A stretch of 63,996 nucleotides of DNA, filler included, from an uncultured bacterium (GTDB lineage Bacteria > DAOPZR01), in the NCBI GenBank assembly GCA_964637655.1. It is 8 parts of 8 records of this genome, joined end to end, with 100 filler letters (N's around TTAATTAATTAA, not from the genome) between each part and the next. Parts side by side here need not be neighbours in the genome. Positions count along the whole stretch, not along the records: positions 16,832 to 25,122 come from CAZWUZ010000181.1; positions 25,223 to 33,136 come from CAZWUZ010000183.1; 6 more parts are not named here. The stretch is one strand, 5' to 3'. The notes beneath the pieces are model-generated. The model saw only the letters and a list, made by a program, of their open reading frames with translations, ran no database searches and was not told the origin of the DNA. Both the position numbers and the translations under genes were made by a program. Positions 17,003-26,526 of this stretch are shown one piece after another; position 1 is the first letter of the stretch; each line of letters begins with the position of its first letter.

Positions 17003-19474
17003 ATGAAAAACTGCATCTGGCTGTTGCTGACGTTGCTGCTGGCGGGACCGGCAGCGGCAGCGCTCGTCCCGTATCCCGGGCACAACGGGCAGGGGGTCAC
17101 TGACAATCTCGGTTTCCGCTGGGATATCCATCCCAACGGCATGCTGGCGGACGGGACGAACGACCTGTTTGACGGCGGCCTGCAGCTGCACGTCAACAAT
17201 CAGCCGTTCCAGGGGCAGCAGTGGATGCTGGACGATGTGACCCGGGAAATAGTCTGCGGCCCGATGCCGCTGGGGAACGTGCAGGTGACACGGCGTATTC
17301 TGATCGACACGGAACACGGAGTGGGGCGCTGGCTGGAGGTGTTTGAGAACCAGACGGCGCAGGCGGTGAGCGTGCAGGCAACAATCTATTCCGATCTGGG
17401 GGGCGGCTGCCAGGCAACGGAGCGCTACCAGAATGGTCGCATCGGCTGGCTGACGGTTACCCAGCAGGCGCCGCGCCCGGTGATCGGCATGGCGATGTTC
17501 GACCCGTCACTGCGGCGCGAGGTGGAGATGGCCGCGCAGCCGGGGACGGGCCAGCTCCAGATTTTCTACCGCAACATCAGCATCCCGGCGAACGGGATGG
17601 TGGTCATCTGCCATTTCCTCGTGCAGCGGCATGACGCGGCGGCGGCGCGCGAGGCGGTGGCGAAACTGCGCCTGGCGCAGCAACTGCGGACGATCGAGCC
17701 GCGGCTGCGGCGCGCGCTGTACAATTTCCGCCGCAGCGGCGACGAGGAATCCGGCCTGCGGGTGGAACGGCGTCCCGGGACGGACCTGCTTACCACGGAT
17801 GCGGACGAACTGCTCGGGACGCTGACGCTGTCGTCGGTGCGCGTGCCGACCGCGCTCGGAACCTTCACGGTGGCCGGCCGCGACATCATCGCCATCCAGC
17901 CGGCACCCGACGGGGAACAGGGGCTGGAAGTGGTGACGCATGAGGGGGAAGTGCTGCGGACAAAACCGGGGCAGACGTTGAGCGGCCGCGCGGCCGCGTG
18001 CCTGCTCGACAGCGGACTGCGTCTCAGCGTGCCGGTGGAACAGATCCGCACATTTGCCCGGCGCAGCGGCAGCACTGCGCCGGCACTGCGCACGCGCTAT
18101 CCGCGCGTGGTGCTCACCTCGGGCGACCAGCTGGTTATCGACCCGCAGTTCCCGCGGGTAAAACTGCAGACGCCGTACGGGACACCGGAGGTGCCGCTGG
18201 CGCAGCTGGCGTCGGTGCAACTGCATGACGGGCGCAGTGAGCAGCCGTCGGTGTGTTTGCGTGACGGTTCGCGCTTCGAGGGCTTTCTGCAGGCCGACCG
18301 GCTGCCGGTGAAACTGCGGGGAGGACGACTGCGGCAGCTGCCGGTGGAAACGGTTGTGGCGCTGCAGTGCCGGGCGGAGAGCGAAGTGCCGCTGACGGAA
18401 CCGTACGCGCTGATGGAAAACGGCGATGTGCTGCGCGGCCTGCCGGCGGATACGGGGCTGCGGGTGGCGACGACGTTCGGGCGGCTGACCGTGCCCGGGG
18501 CGCAGATCGCGACCATCACCGCGGTGCCTGACGCGCCGCTGACGGTGGCGCTGGGGATGGTCGACGGGTCGCGGCTGCAGGCGCGGCTGACCGGTGACCT
18601 GCTGGCGTTCACGCTGACGGGCGGGCAGCGGCTGCTGCTGGCGCCCGGGCACCTGCGCGAAGCGCGCCTGCGCCCGGTCAACGTGCCCGAGGAACCCGTG
18701 GCAGAAGAAACGGAAGAGGAAGCGGAAGAAGCGGAAAACCCGCCGGTGGCAGTTGCGGCACCTGATACGACGGCCATGGCACGGGCATTGCAACTGTACG
18801 AACTGTTCGACAGCCGCGTCTACGGGGCGCGCCTGTCGCCCGAAGCGGAGTTTGTCAGCGAGCGTGGCGGCATGGTGCTGCGCATCCCGCGCGGCGAGCG
18901 GCTGACCTTTCGCGTCCCGTCGTCGTTCCTGAATGCGGCGACGGTGATGTGCCGGGTGCAGGTGGATACCGGATCGGGAAGAGTGATGTTCTGGCGTCAC
19001 GACGCCGCGTACCCGAGCGCGTTCTATTATCCCGACCATGCGTACCGGCTGGGCATGCACTTCCTGGCGGGACAGCAGGACATCCACGCGGTGCTGGCAT
19101 CGCGGATGGAACCGGGACGCTGGTACCACTTGACCCAGAGCTGGGGACCTGACGGGTTTCGTGCGTATGTCGACGGACGGCTGGCGTTTCAGGACGTGCG
19201 CCAGCGCACGGGGGTGACGCGCAACACGCATCCGGCGGGGCGGGTGGTGCAACCGCGCCTGCATCTTGGCAGTGCTGAAGAGGCATCAGCGGAACTGGGC
19301 GGTGCGCTGTACGACGATTTTGCGGTTTTTTCACGGCAACTGAGCGATGCCGAAGTGGCACTGCTGGCGCACGAACCGCAGCAGTTGCGGCGTCTTGGCG
19401 AGGTGCGTGAAACGTGGCGACGGTCGGCGGCAGCGGTGACGGCTCCGCGTCCGGATACCGGGGGAAACCGGTAG
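17003..19474 (+). CDS. Secreted multidomain protein with three internal repeats and a LamG/ConA-like C-terminus
   Basis: Signal peptide, three repeats of a (G/A)D.L...T.(L/Y/F)G...V pattern, an acidic linker, then WYHLTQSW...AYVDG...DDFAVFSRQLSDAEV. Confidence 0.75.
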   Translation: MKNCIWLLLTLLLAGPAAAALVPYPGHNGQGVTDNLGFRWDIHPNGMLADGTNDLFDGGLQLHVNNQPFQGQQWMLDDVTREIVCGPMPLGNVQVTRRILIDTEHGVGRWLEVFENQTAQAVSVQATIYSDLGGGCQATERYQNGRIGWLTVTQQAPRPVIGMAMFDPSLRREVEMAAQPGTGQLQIFYRNISIPANGMVVICHFLVQRHDAAAAREAVAKLRLAQQLRTIEPRLRRALYNFRRSGDEESGLRVERRPGTDLLTTDADELLGTLTLSSVRVPTALGTFTVAGRDIIAIQPAPDGEQGLEVVTHEGEVLRTKPGQTLSGRAAACLLDSGLRLSVPVEQIRTFARRSGSTAPALRTRYPRVVLTSGDQLVIDPQFPRVKLQTPYGTPEVPLAQLASVQLHDGRSEQPSVCLRDGSRFEGFLQADRLPVKLRGGRLRQLPVETVVALQCRAESEVPLTEPYALMENGDVLRGLPADTGLRVATTFGRLTVPGAQIATITAVPDAPLTVALGMVDGSRLQARLTGDLLAFTLTGGQRLLLAPGHLREARLRPVNVPEEPVAEETEEEAEEAENPPVAVAAPDTTAMARALQLYELFDSRVYGARLSPEAEFVSERGGMVLRIPRGERLTFRVPSSFLNAATVMCRVQVDTGSGRVMFWRHDAAYPSAFYYPDHAYRLGMHFLAGQQDIHAVLASRMEPGRWYHLTQSWGPDGFRAYVDGRLAFQDVRQRTGVTRNTHPAGRVVQPRLHLGSAEEASAELGGALYDDFAVFSRQLSDAEVALLAHEPQQLRRLGEVRETWRRSAAAVTAPRPDTGGNR

Positions 19475-19492
19475 CGCCCGGTGCTCCGCCCG

Positions 19493-20332
19493 CTACGGGG
19501 CGGGCGATTCGCGGAAGATGCCGATATTGCAGGGGACACCGTCGAAGTCGGGGACGGGTGCGGTGCTGATATCGGCATACACGACGCTCCCGTCCCGGCG
19601 GCGGCAGGGGCAGCGGAACACCACCTTTTTTTCGCGGCGTGCCTGCGCCTCGAATGCTGCCACCACCTGCGGCAGTGTTTCGGGCGGGTGGATGTCGGCG
19701 ACGGTGAGCTGCAGCATCTCGTCAGCGGTATACCCGAAGAGCGTGCAGACGGCGGGATTGGCGTAGACGAAACGTTTTTCCGCCAGCGTGGCGGCGAGAA
19801 CACCGTCAGCGAGCCCGTCGAGCAGGTGGCGCAGGCGGTCGCCATGCAGGCGCAGCGTCTCCAGCAGCTGCTTTTCCGTGGTCTGATCATCCGTGATGAC
19901 GACCACCTCGCGGTCCGGCAGGCGATAGATGTAATGTTCGTGCCATTTGACGATGCGGTTATCACGGTGGCGCACGCTGGCGCAGCGCCCGGGGGTGCCG
20001 GTGCGCCAGACGCGTTGCATGACGGCAAGCAGTTCGGCTGACCCGAGTTCGGGATAGTGGCGGGTGAAGCGCTCGCCAACCAGCTGCGCCGCCGGATGAC
20101 CGTTGAGCTGCTCGCTGGCCGGATTGACGCTGCGGCAGATAAAGTCGATGCCGTCGTCGACGGCGGCAAAGAGGGCGACTCCACCCGGCATGTGTTTGAC
20201 AAGTTCCTGGTAGCGCCGCTCGCTGGTGAGGGCCATTTTGAGCGCCTCGACCGGCGCTTTCGCGTCGCGCAACTCATGGTTTTCCGCCTGCAACCGGGCA
20301 ATCTCCTGCTGCAGCAGGCGCACGTCATCCAT
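19493..20332 (-). CDS. PAS-PAS sensor protein with no output domain
   Basis: N-terminal coiled coil and two PAS domains (VNPASEQL; YANPAVCTLFGY...IHPPE, RRRDGS). RBS AAGGAAG. Confidence 0.85.
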   Translation of the reverse strand: MDDVRLLQQEIARLQAENHELRDAKAPVEALKMALTSERRYQELVKHMPGGVALFAAVDDGIDFICRSVNPASEQLNGHPAAQLVGERFTRHYPELGSAELLAVMQRVWRTGTPGRCASVRHRDNRIVKWHEHYIYRLPDREVVVITDDQTTEKQLLETLRLHGDRLRHLLDGLADGVLAATLAEKRFVYANPAVCTLFGYTADEMLQLTVADIHPPETLPQVVAAFEAQARREKKVVFRCPCRRRDGSVVYADISTAPVPDFDGVPCNIGIFRESPAP

Positions 20333-20342
20333 GGGCACTTCC

Positions 20343-21326
20343 TTACGCGTGGTAGCGGAACTGCCCCTTGCCCGCGCGCCTGGCGGCGGCGAGGGCAATC
20401 TGGCAGTTCTGCAGAAAATCAGTGAACGGCACCCCGTGCTGGCGCACGGTCAGCCCGATGCTGGCGCTGGTGCCGACCTTGCGCCCGGTGTAGGTTCCGC
20501 GTTTGAGCCGGTCGCGAAAGCGGCGGAAAACGATTTCCGCCCCCTTGCGGTCGGTGTTGGGCAGGTAGATGATGAACTCGTCTACCCCGAAATGGGCAAT
20601 GACATCCACCCCGCGCGTGCAGCGGCGCAACTCCTCGATGACCTCGCGGCAGAGCTGCAGCCCGCCCGCCTGCCCGTCAGCGCGCAGCACCTCCTTGTAA
20701 TTATCGATGTCGATGAGGGCCAGCGCCATCGGCTGCTGGTAGCGCAGCGTCTTGTCAAATTCCGCGCGCAGCAGGTGCTGGAAATGGTCGTAGTAGAGCA
20801 GGCCGGTGTCGCTGTTGACCTGGCGCAGTTCGTCGAGCAGGGTGCGGTTGCGCTCTTTCTCGAGCGCCAGCGCCGCCAGGTCGGCCAGCGCGCGCAGGAA
20901 ATCACGCGTGTCGTCGTCGAGCATTCCCTCGTCCGGGAAATAGGCGGCGACCAGGCCGAAGGCGCGCCCGGCGGTGGCGATGCGGGCGAGGAATACTTCC
21001 CCGTACGACCCGGCCAGCAGCAGTTCTTTGTAGCCGGCGGGATCGCTGGTGCGGCTGACGGTCAGGCAGTTTTCCTCGAAGAAGACGCGGGCGATGGCGC
21101 CGCTGCCGATGCCGCGGGTGAACGCGCGGCGCGCGGTTTCGGGCACATCGACCTGGCTGATGATGCGCAGCGTGTCAGTGGTGCGGTCCTTGACCGCGAT
21201 AAAGGCACGCTCCGCTCCGATCGCCTTGCGCATGGCGTAGAGGACGGCATGCAGGGCGTCACGGGCATTCTCCTGGATGGCAACCTTGTTGATGGCGGTG
21301 CAGAGCAGGTGGTGACAGGTATGCAT
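20343..21326 (-). CDS. GAF-GGDEF protein with degenerate active site
   Basis: GAF domain, IDIDNYK, RGVD I-site and GVDEF in place of GG(D/E)EF. Confidence 0.85.
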   Translation of the reverse strand: MHTCHHLLCTAINKVAIQENARDALHAVLYAMRKAIGAERAFIAVKDRTTDTLRIISQVDVPETARRAFTRGIGSGAIARVFFEENCLTVSRTSDPAGYKELLLAGSYGEVFLARIATAGRAFGLVAAYFPDEGMLDDDTRDFLRALADLAALALEKERNRTLLDELRQVNSDTGLLYYDHFQHLLRAEFDKTLRYQQPMALALIDIDNYKEVLRADGQAGGLQLCREVIEELRRCTRGVDVIAHFGVDEFIIYLPNTDRKGAEIVFRRFRDRLKRGTYTGRKVGTSASIGLTVRQHGVPFTDFLQNCQIALAAARRAGKGQFRYHA

Positions 21327-21460
21327 GATGGCCCCCTTGCGGACTGCCTGCAACAAGTATAGCACATTCCGGCAGCGGCAGGGGCGAAAATCTGCGTTCC
21401 TGCAGCCGCCCCGGGCGGATGCTGACTTCTTGTGCCGGAGCTGTGTGCCGCGTCTGACGG

Positions 21461-21706
21461 TCAGGCGGCATGCCGCCGTTCAGCGCGCATTCTCCGGTCA
21501 GGGCCCAGCGTGCCCGGGAGCGCTTCGTCATGGTGCCGCCGGTCGCGCAGGCGCAGCTGCGGGAGCAGGATGGCGATGACCAGCCCGGCAAACAGGCCGA
21601 CGGTCTGCAGCCGCCCGAAGGCGACCCCGTCACCCAGTCCGCAAAGATCAGCAACGGCACAGATGAGGGAACCGATGAGGGCAAGGGCGATCAGCGTTGT
21701 GCGCAT
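21461..21706 (-). CDS. Small two-TM membrane protein
   Basis: GGAGG RBS, two hydrophobic segments and an upstream TTGACT-16-TATACT promoter (21739-21766, minus strand). Confidence 0.6.
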   Translation of the reverse strand: MRTTLIALALIGSLICAVADLCGLGDGVAFGRLQTVGLFAGLVIAILLPQLRLRDRRHHDEALPGTLGPDRRMRAERRHAA

Positions 21707-21840
21707 CGCGGCACCTCCGGTCGAATATGGCTACCTCAAGTATACCGCTGTTTGCGGCAAAGTCAACGGGTAGCAGCGCGGCGGCACGGAATGATACGTT
21801 TTACACCAATGAGACGTTGGCTGTGGTAGCGTCGGACGGA

Positions 21841-21869
21841 TTGACGGCAGCAGCAGAAGGTGGTACTAT
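21841..21869 (+). promoter_or_regulatory. sigma70 promoter of gltA
   Basis: TTGACG-17 bp-TACTAT with extended -10 TG. Confidence 0.65.
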
Positions 21870-21899
21870 GCGCGCCTTATCACGTAATGGAGGCAGGAC

Positions 21900-23195
21900 A
21901 TGGAGAAAAAGGCCACCCTGACGTACGAGGGCAAGACCTGGGAGTTCCCGGTCATCGAGGGCTCGGAAGGCGAGCGCGGCATCGATATCGGCGACCTGCG
22001 CGCCCGTACGGGGATGATTACCCTCGACCCGTCGCTGGGCAATACCGGGGCATGCACAAGCAATATCACCTTTATCGATGGCGAGAAGGGGATCCTGCGC
22101 TACCGCGGCATCCCGGTGGAGGATTTCGCCGCCATCGAACACCCGAACTTCATCGAGGTCGCCTGGTTGCTCATTTTCGGGCGGCTGCCGCGCCCGGCGG
22201 AACTCGAGGCGTTCAGCCACAAACTGTCATCCAATGCGCTGCTGCACGAATCGTTCCATTACCACTTCGAGGGGTTCCCGTCCGACGCGCCGCCGATGGC
22301 GATGCTCTCGGCGATGATCAATTCGCTCTCCTGTTTCCATTATCACATCCTGACGCAGCGGGATGACGACGCGTTCGAGGAGGCGGTGGCGCGGGTCATC
22401 AGCAAGGTGCGTACCATCGCGGCGTTCTCCTACCGCATGGTCATGGGCCTGCCGATGATGTACCCGGACCCGCAACTGCGCTACGCGGCCAACTTCCTGC
22501 ACATGATGTTCTCGATGCCCTACGACCGTTATGAAGTCGACCCGGTGATCGAGGACGCGCTCAACCTCATCCTCATTCTGCACGCCGACCATGAGCAGAA
22601 CTGCAGCACCACGGCGGTGCGGGTGGCGGGCTCGAGCATGGCCAACCTCTACACCTCGCTGGCGGCGGGGATCAGCGCGTTGTGGGGCTCGCGCCACGGC
22701 GGGGCGAATGTCGCGGTCATCGAGATGCTCGAAAAGATCCGCGCGGGCGGGCTCGCCCCGAAGGAGTGCCTGGCGAAAGCGAAGGACAAAAACAGCGATT
22801 TCCGGCTGATGGGCTTCGGCCACCGCATCTACAAGAATTTCGATCCGCGCGCGCGCATCCTCAAGGGAGCGTGTGACCGGGTGCTCGGCAAACTCGGGGT
22901 CAAGGATCCGCTGCTCGACATCGCGCGCGAGCTCGAAACGCTGGCGCTGGCGGACGACTATTTTATCGAGCGGAAACTCTACCCCAACGTCGATTTCTAC
23001 AGCGGCATCATCCTGCGGGCGATGGGCATCCCGACCAACATGTTTACCGTGATGTTCGCCATCGGGCGCCTGCCGGGGTGGATCGCGCAGTGGAAGGAAC
23101 AGCACGACGCGCCGAACAACCGCATCTGCCGCCCGCGGCAGATCTACACCGGGCCGACGCTGACCCACTACGTGCCGCGCGATCAGCGCGGCTGA
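21900..23195 (+). CDS. gltA: Citrate synthase
   Basis: FIDGEKGILRYRG, HADHEQNCST, HGGAN, MGFGHRIYK and YPNVDFYSG motifs. Confidence 0.97.
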   Translation: MEKKATLTYEGKTWEFPVIEGSEGERGIDIGDLRARTGMITLDPSLGNTGACTSNITFIDGEKGILRYRGIPVEDFAAIEHPNFIEVAWLLIFGRLPRPAELEAFSHKLSSNALLHESFHYHFEGFPSDAPPMAMLSAMINSLSCFHYHILTQRDDDAFEEAVARVISKVRTIAAFSYRMVMGLPMMYPDPQLRYAANFLHMMFSMPYDRYEVDPVIEDALNLILILHADHEQNCSTTAVRVAGSSMANLYTSLAAGISALWGSRHGGANVAVIEMLEKIRAGGLAPKECLAKAKDKNSDFRLMGFGHRIYKNFDPRARILKGACDRVLGKLGVKDPLLDIARELETLALADDYFIERKLYPNVDFYSGIILRAMGIPTNMFTVMFAIGRLPGWIAQWKEQHDAPNNRICRPRQIYTGPTLTHYVPRDQRG

Positions 23196-23205
23196 CCGCG
23201 CCGCG

Positions 23206-24306
23206 ATGCGCGGCCACCTGCTGCTCTGGGCCGCGGGCGGCGCACTGCTGCTGACCGGCTACCTCGCGCTGGCCGACGGGCTGCACGACTTCGGCAACCA
23301 CGCACTCTTCCGCGATTTTGCCGCGCACTGGCTGGCGGGGCGCTGTGCCCTGACCGGCGATGCGGCCGGCGTGTATGATGCCGCCCGCTACTGGGAGGCG
23401 CTGCGCGTGCAGTTCCATGCGGACATCCCGCAGCATTTCTGGCCCTACCCGCCGCATGCCCTGCTCATCTGCGCCCCTGTGGCCGCGCTCCCCTATCTCC
23501 CCGCGTATCTTGTCTGGATGGGCGTGTCGCTTGTCACGTTTCTGCTCGCCGCGCGCGGCATGGTGCCGCAGTGGCGCTGGCTGGCGTTCGCGCCCGCGGC
23601 GGCGGTCAACCTGCTGCTCGGGCAGAATGGTTTTCTCACCGCGGCGCTCTTTCTCTGGGGGATGACCGCGCGCCGCGCATGGTGGGCCGGGCTGGCGCTG
23701 GCACTGCTGACCATGAAACCGCAGCTCGGCCTGCTGATTCCCGTCGCGCTGCTGGCGGAGAAGAACTGGCGGGTCATCGGCTGGACGGTCGGGCTGACCG
23801 CGGCGGTGCTGCTGCTGACGACGCTGCTCTTCGGCAGTGCGGTCTGGCCCGCGTGGCTGGCGGGGCTGCGCGTGCACGAGGGACTGGTGGCGACGGGGAG
23901 CGGGCTTTTCCTCTGGTTTATGGCGAGCGCGTTCGGCGCGGCGCGCGTGCTCGGCTTGAGCGCGACGACAGGACTGTTGTGGCACCTGCCGCTGCTGCTG
24001 GTCGCAAGCGCCGCGGTCTGGCGCGCGTATCGCGCCGGTGCGCCGCAGCGCCTGGCAGTACTCATTGCCGCGACGCTGCTGGCCACGCCGCATCTCTACG
24101 CCTACGATCTGAACCTGCTCAGCGTGGCGCTGCTGCTGCTCCCCGCGGCAACGACGCGCGGCACGGTACTGCTGCGGTCGGTGCTCTGGGGCGTCCCGCT
24201 GCTTCTCATCCCGTGCAACGCGGCGGGCCTGCCCGTCGCCCCGCTGCTGCTGGCGCTGCTGCTCCGGCTGGCGTGGCGCGCGGCTATGCCGGGCGCACCG
24301 CGGTAG
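23206..24306 (+). CDS. GT87/DUF2029 GT-C membrane glycosyltransferase
   Basis: DF...W.AG, WPYPP, GQNG, KPQLG and YAYDL motifs; polytopic. Confidence 0.85.
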   Translation: MRGHLLLWAAGGALLLTGYLALADGLHDFGNHALFRDFAAHWLAGRCALTGDAAGVYDAARYWEALRVQFHADIPQHFWPYPPHALLICAPVAALPYLPAYLVWMGVSLVTFLLAARGMVPQWRWLAFAPAAAVNLLLGQNGFLTAALFLWGMTARRAWWAGLALALLTMKPQLGLLIPVALLAEKNWRVIGWTVGLTAAVLLLTTLLFGSAVWPAWLAGLRVHEGLVATGSGLFLWFMASAFGAARVLGLSATTGLLWHLPLLLVASAAVWRAYRAGAPQRLAVLIAATLLATPHLYAYDLNLLSVALLLLPAATTRGTVLLRSVLWGVPLLLIPCNAAGLPVAPLLLALLLRLAWRAAMPGAPR

Positions 24307-25122
24307 CGCGCAGCAGCGCGCGGCCGCAGAACAGCGTGCCGCCGCCGACGAGCAGGCCGCAGGCGGCAAGCACCGCCTGCACGCCGGCATGGTCGGTAGC
24401 CCACCCGGTGAGAAATCCGCCCAGCGGCATCGCGCCCGAATAGACCATGATGTAGACCGCCATCACCCGCCCGCGCAGCCGCCCGTTGACGACCGCCTGC
24501 ACGAACGCGGTCTGCGACGCGTGCTGCACCATGAACCCGTAGCCGGTGAGCAGCAGCACGGGCAGCGCCAGCGCGAGGCGGCTGGTGCCGGCGAGCACCA
24601 GCAGCGCGCAGCCGAAGAGCAACCCGCCCAGCACGGTCAGGCGCGGCCGCCCTGCCGCGCGGCGCTGCCCGGCGAGCAGCAGCGCCCCGATGAAAGCGCC
24701 GGCGCCCGACGCCGCCAGCAGCAGGCCGAGCGTGTCCGCTCCCCCCTGCAGCACGCGCGCGGCGTAGACGGGGAGCAGCACGAGGTAGGGCATGCCGGCG
24801 CACGAGGCGATGGCGAGAATGAGCAGCTGCAGGGCGATGGGCGGGGTGCGACGCACGTAGCGGACGCCCTCACGCAGCGAGAGCAGAAACGGCTTGGTGG
24901 CGCCGCGCGCGATGTCCGCCACCGGCCGGATGGCGGCAAGTCCGACGAGCACGGGGAGGTAGGAGAGCGCGTTGAGCATGAAGCACCACCCTTCGCCGAT
25001 GAACGGAATGAGCGCGCCGGCGACCGCGGGCCCGAGCAGGCGCGCCCCGTTGAAGACCGTCGAGTTGAGCGCGACCGCGGTCGCCACGTCCTTGCGCCCG
25101 ACCAGTTCGACGACCAGCGCCT
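24284..25122 (-). CDS. MFS transporter (DUF894-like), 5' truncated
   Basis: ALNS..FN.ARLLGPA and RGRVM motifs, with several TM helices. Confidence 0.88.
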
Positions 25123-25222
25123 NNNNNNNNNNNNNNNNNNNNNNNNNNNNNNNNNNNNNNNNNNNNTTAATTAATTAANNNNNNNNNNNNNNNNNNNNNN
25201 NNNNNNNNNNNNNNNNNNNNNN

Positions 25223-25285
25223 CCCGCTGTGCGGGAGAAGGCAACCACCCTCTCCCGCCGGTGGCGGGAGAGGGCTGGGTGAGGG
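25223..25285. repeat. BoxC-like CCCTCACCC/CCCTCTCCC...GGGAGAGGG palindromic repeat
   Basis: ccctctcccgcc-ggt-ggcgggagaggg hairpin followed by gggtgaggg. Relatives at about 27850-27889, 45862-45905 and 60534-60597. Confidence 0.7.
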
Positions 25286-25352
25286 TGGCGGCAGGAGAAC
25301 GCCGGCGCCACGGCGATTCGCGACCACTCGTGCCCGGTGCAGGTGAGCATGG

Positions 25353-25838
25353 TCAGCGGGGGGCGGTGTCGGACAGCTGGTCCGGGTAGAGTTCAGCGCG
25401 CACGTTCCCCTCGACCACCACGTTCTCGCTGTTGAGAAAGAAGGTGATGACGTCGCCGCTGACGACGTTCACCTCCTGGTGCAGGACTGGGTTCTCCGTG
25501 AGGATCACCTTTTCCTCGGTGCGGTAGTAGTTGGCGCGTCCGGCCAGCGCGCGGCGCGTCCCCTCGGTCATCACCACGCTGCCGATGGCCTCGGCGCGGT
25601 TCATCTTTTTCGTCTGCGGGTCGATGTAGGCGAGCAGGCGGGCGCAGGTGAGGACGCGCGCCCCGTCGACCATGCGCACGTTGTCGAGATACTCGACGTA
25701 GTTCTTGTCGCGGTAGTACATGAAACGCCCGCTGGTGATGACCACCCTCCCGGTGTTCGCACCGGTGCCGGCAATCTCCTCCGCCGCGGCGGGGAGCAGC
25801 AGGGTGCAGAGCAGCAGCAACGCCAGTGCCTGTTTCAT
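25353..25838 (-). CDS. lptA: LPS transport periplasmic protein LptA/OstA
   Basis: Signal peptide, beta-jellyroll pattern (LTENPVL...SGDVIT) and position downstream of lptC. Confidence 0.85.
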   Translation of the reverse strand: MKQALALLLLCTLLLPAAAEEIAGTGANTGRVVITSGRFMYYRDKNYVEYLDNVRMVDGARVLTCARLLAYIDPQTKKMNRAEAIGSVVMTEGTRRALAGRANYYRTEEKVILTENPVLHQEVNVVSGDVITFFLNSENVVVEGNVRAELYPDQLSDTAPR

Positions 25839-26389
25839 CAGCGCATCTCCGTGACGATGTCGCGCTGCAGTTCCAGCCGCTGCAGCGTCTTGTCCGCCAC
25901 CATGCCGGTGCCGGTCAATGTCATCGCGTCGCGCTCGACGCGCACGCGGCTCTCCGTGCGCAGCAGTTCCTGCGCATTATGCCAGTACAGCGACTCCGTG
26001 TAGAACTTCACCGGCTGCGCCAGCCCGGTGGCGACCACGTTCCCCTGCAGCGTGATGTCGCGCGTCTGTTCGTGGAACACTCCGGAGTCGGCAACCAGTT
26101 CAAGCGTCTCGCGCCCGCCATCACAGAAGACCACGGTCATCTGCTGCAGCGGGACATCCCCCGATTGCAGCTGCTGCGCGTGCTGCGCCTGCAGGCGGAA
26201 GGACAGTTCGTTTCCCTTCGTCTCGTTGACCGAGAAACCCGCCAGGTCGGTCTGCACCGCCGCGGCGAGGGTGTCGGTCAGCGTGACCGGCACCGTGTCA
26301 GTGGCAGGCCCCGTACGCGGCAGCACGCGGCATTCACAGCCGCCGCAGAGCACCACTCCCGCAAGCAATACCGCCAGCGCGACTCGCAT
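25838..26389 (-). CDS. lptC: LPS export protein LptC
   Basis: N-terminal anchor, then ADSG...ITLQGNV...TESLYW...TGTGM. Confidence 0.85.
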   Translation of the reverse strand: MRVALAVLLAGVVLCGGCECRVLPRTGPATDTVPVTLTDTLAAAVQTDLAGFSVNETKGNELSFRLQAQHAQQLQSGDVPLQQMTVVFCDGGRETLELVADSGVFHEQTRDITLQGNVVATGLAQPVKFYTESLYWHNAQELLRTESRVRVERDAMTLTGTGMVADKTLQRLELQRDIVTEMR

Positions 26390-26433
26390 ATACTCTGTCT
26401 GACAGTATAGCACACTTGCCGGTTATCATCCAC

Positions 26434-26449
26434 AGCAAATTGCATGCCA
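26434..26449 (-). promoter_or_regulatory. Putative sigma54 (-24/-12) promoter upstream of lptC
   Basis: TGGCATGCAATTTGCT, which is GG-N10-GC. Confidence 0.55.
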
Positions 26450-26526
26450 TTCGCAATACGCTGTAAATGAAGGGAATATAAAATGTGCCAGAGGGAGAAA
26501 AATGTGGGCGCGAAGAGGTGGTGCAG

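Noticed and set aside
25223-25352. Missing lptB after lptA
   Set aside because: The contig ends about 130 bp downstream in a repeat, so absence cannot be judged.
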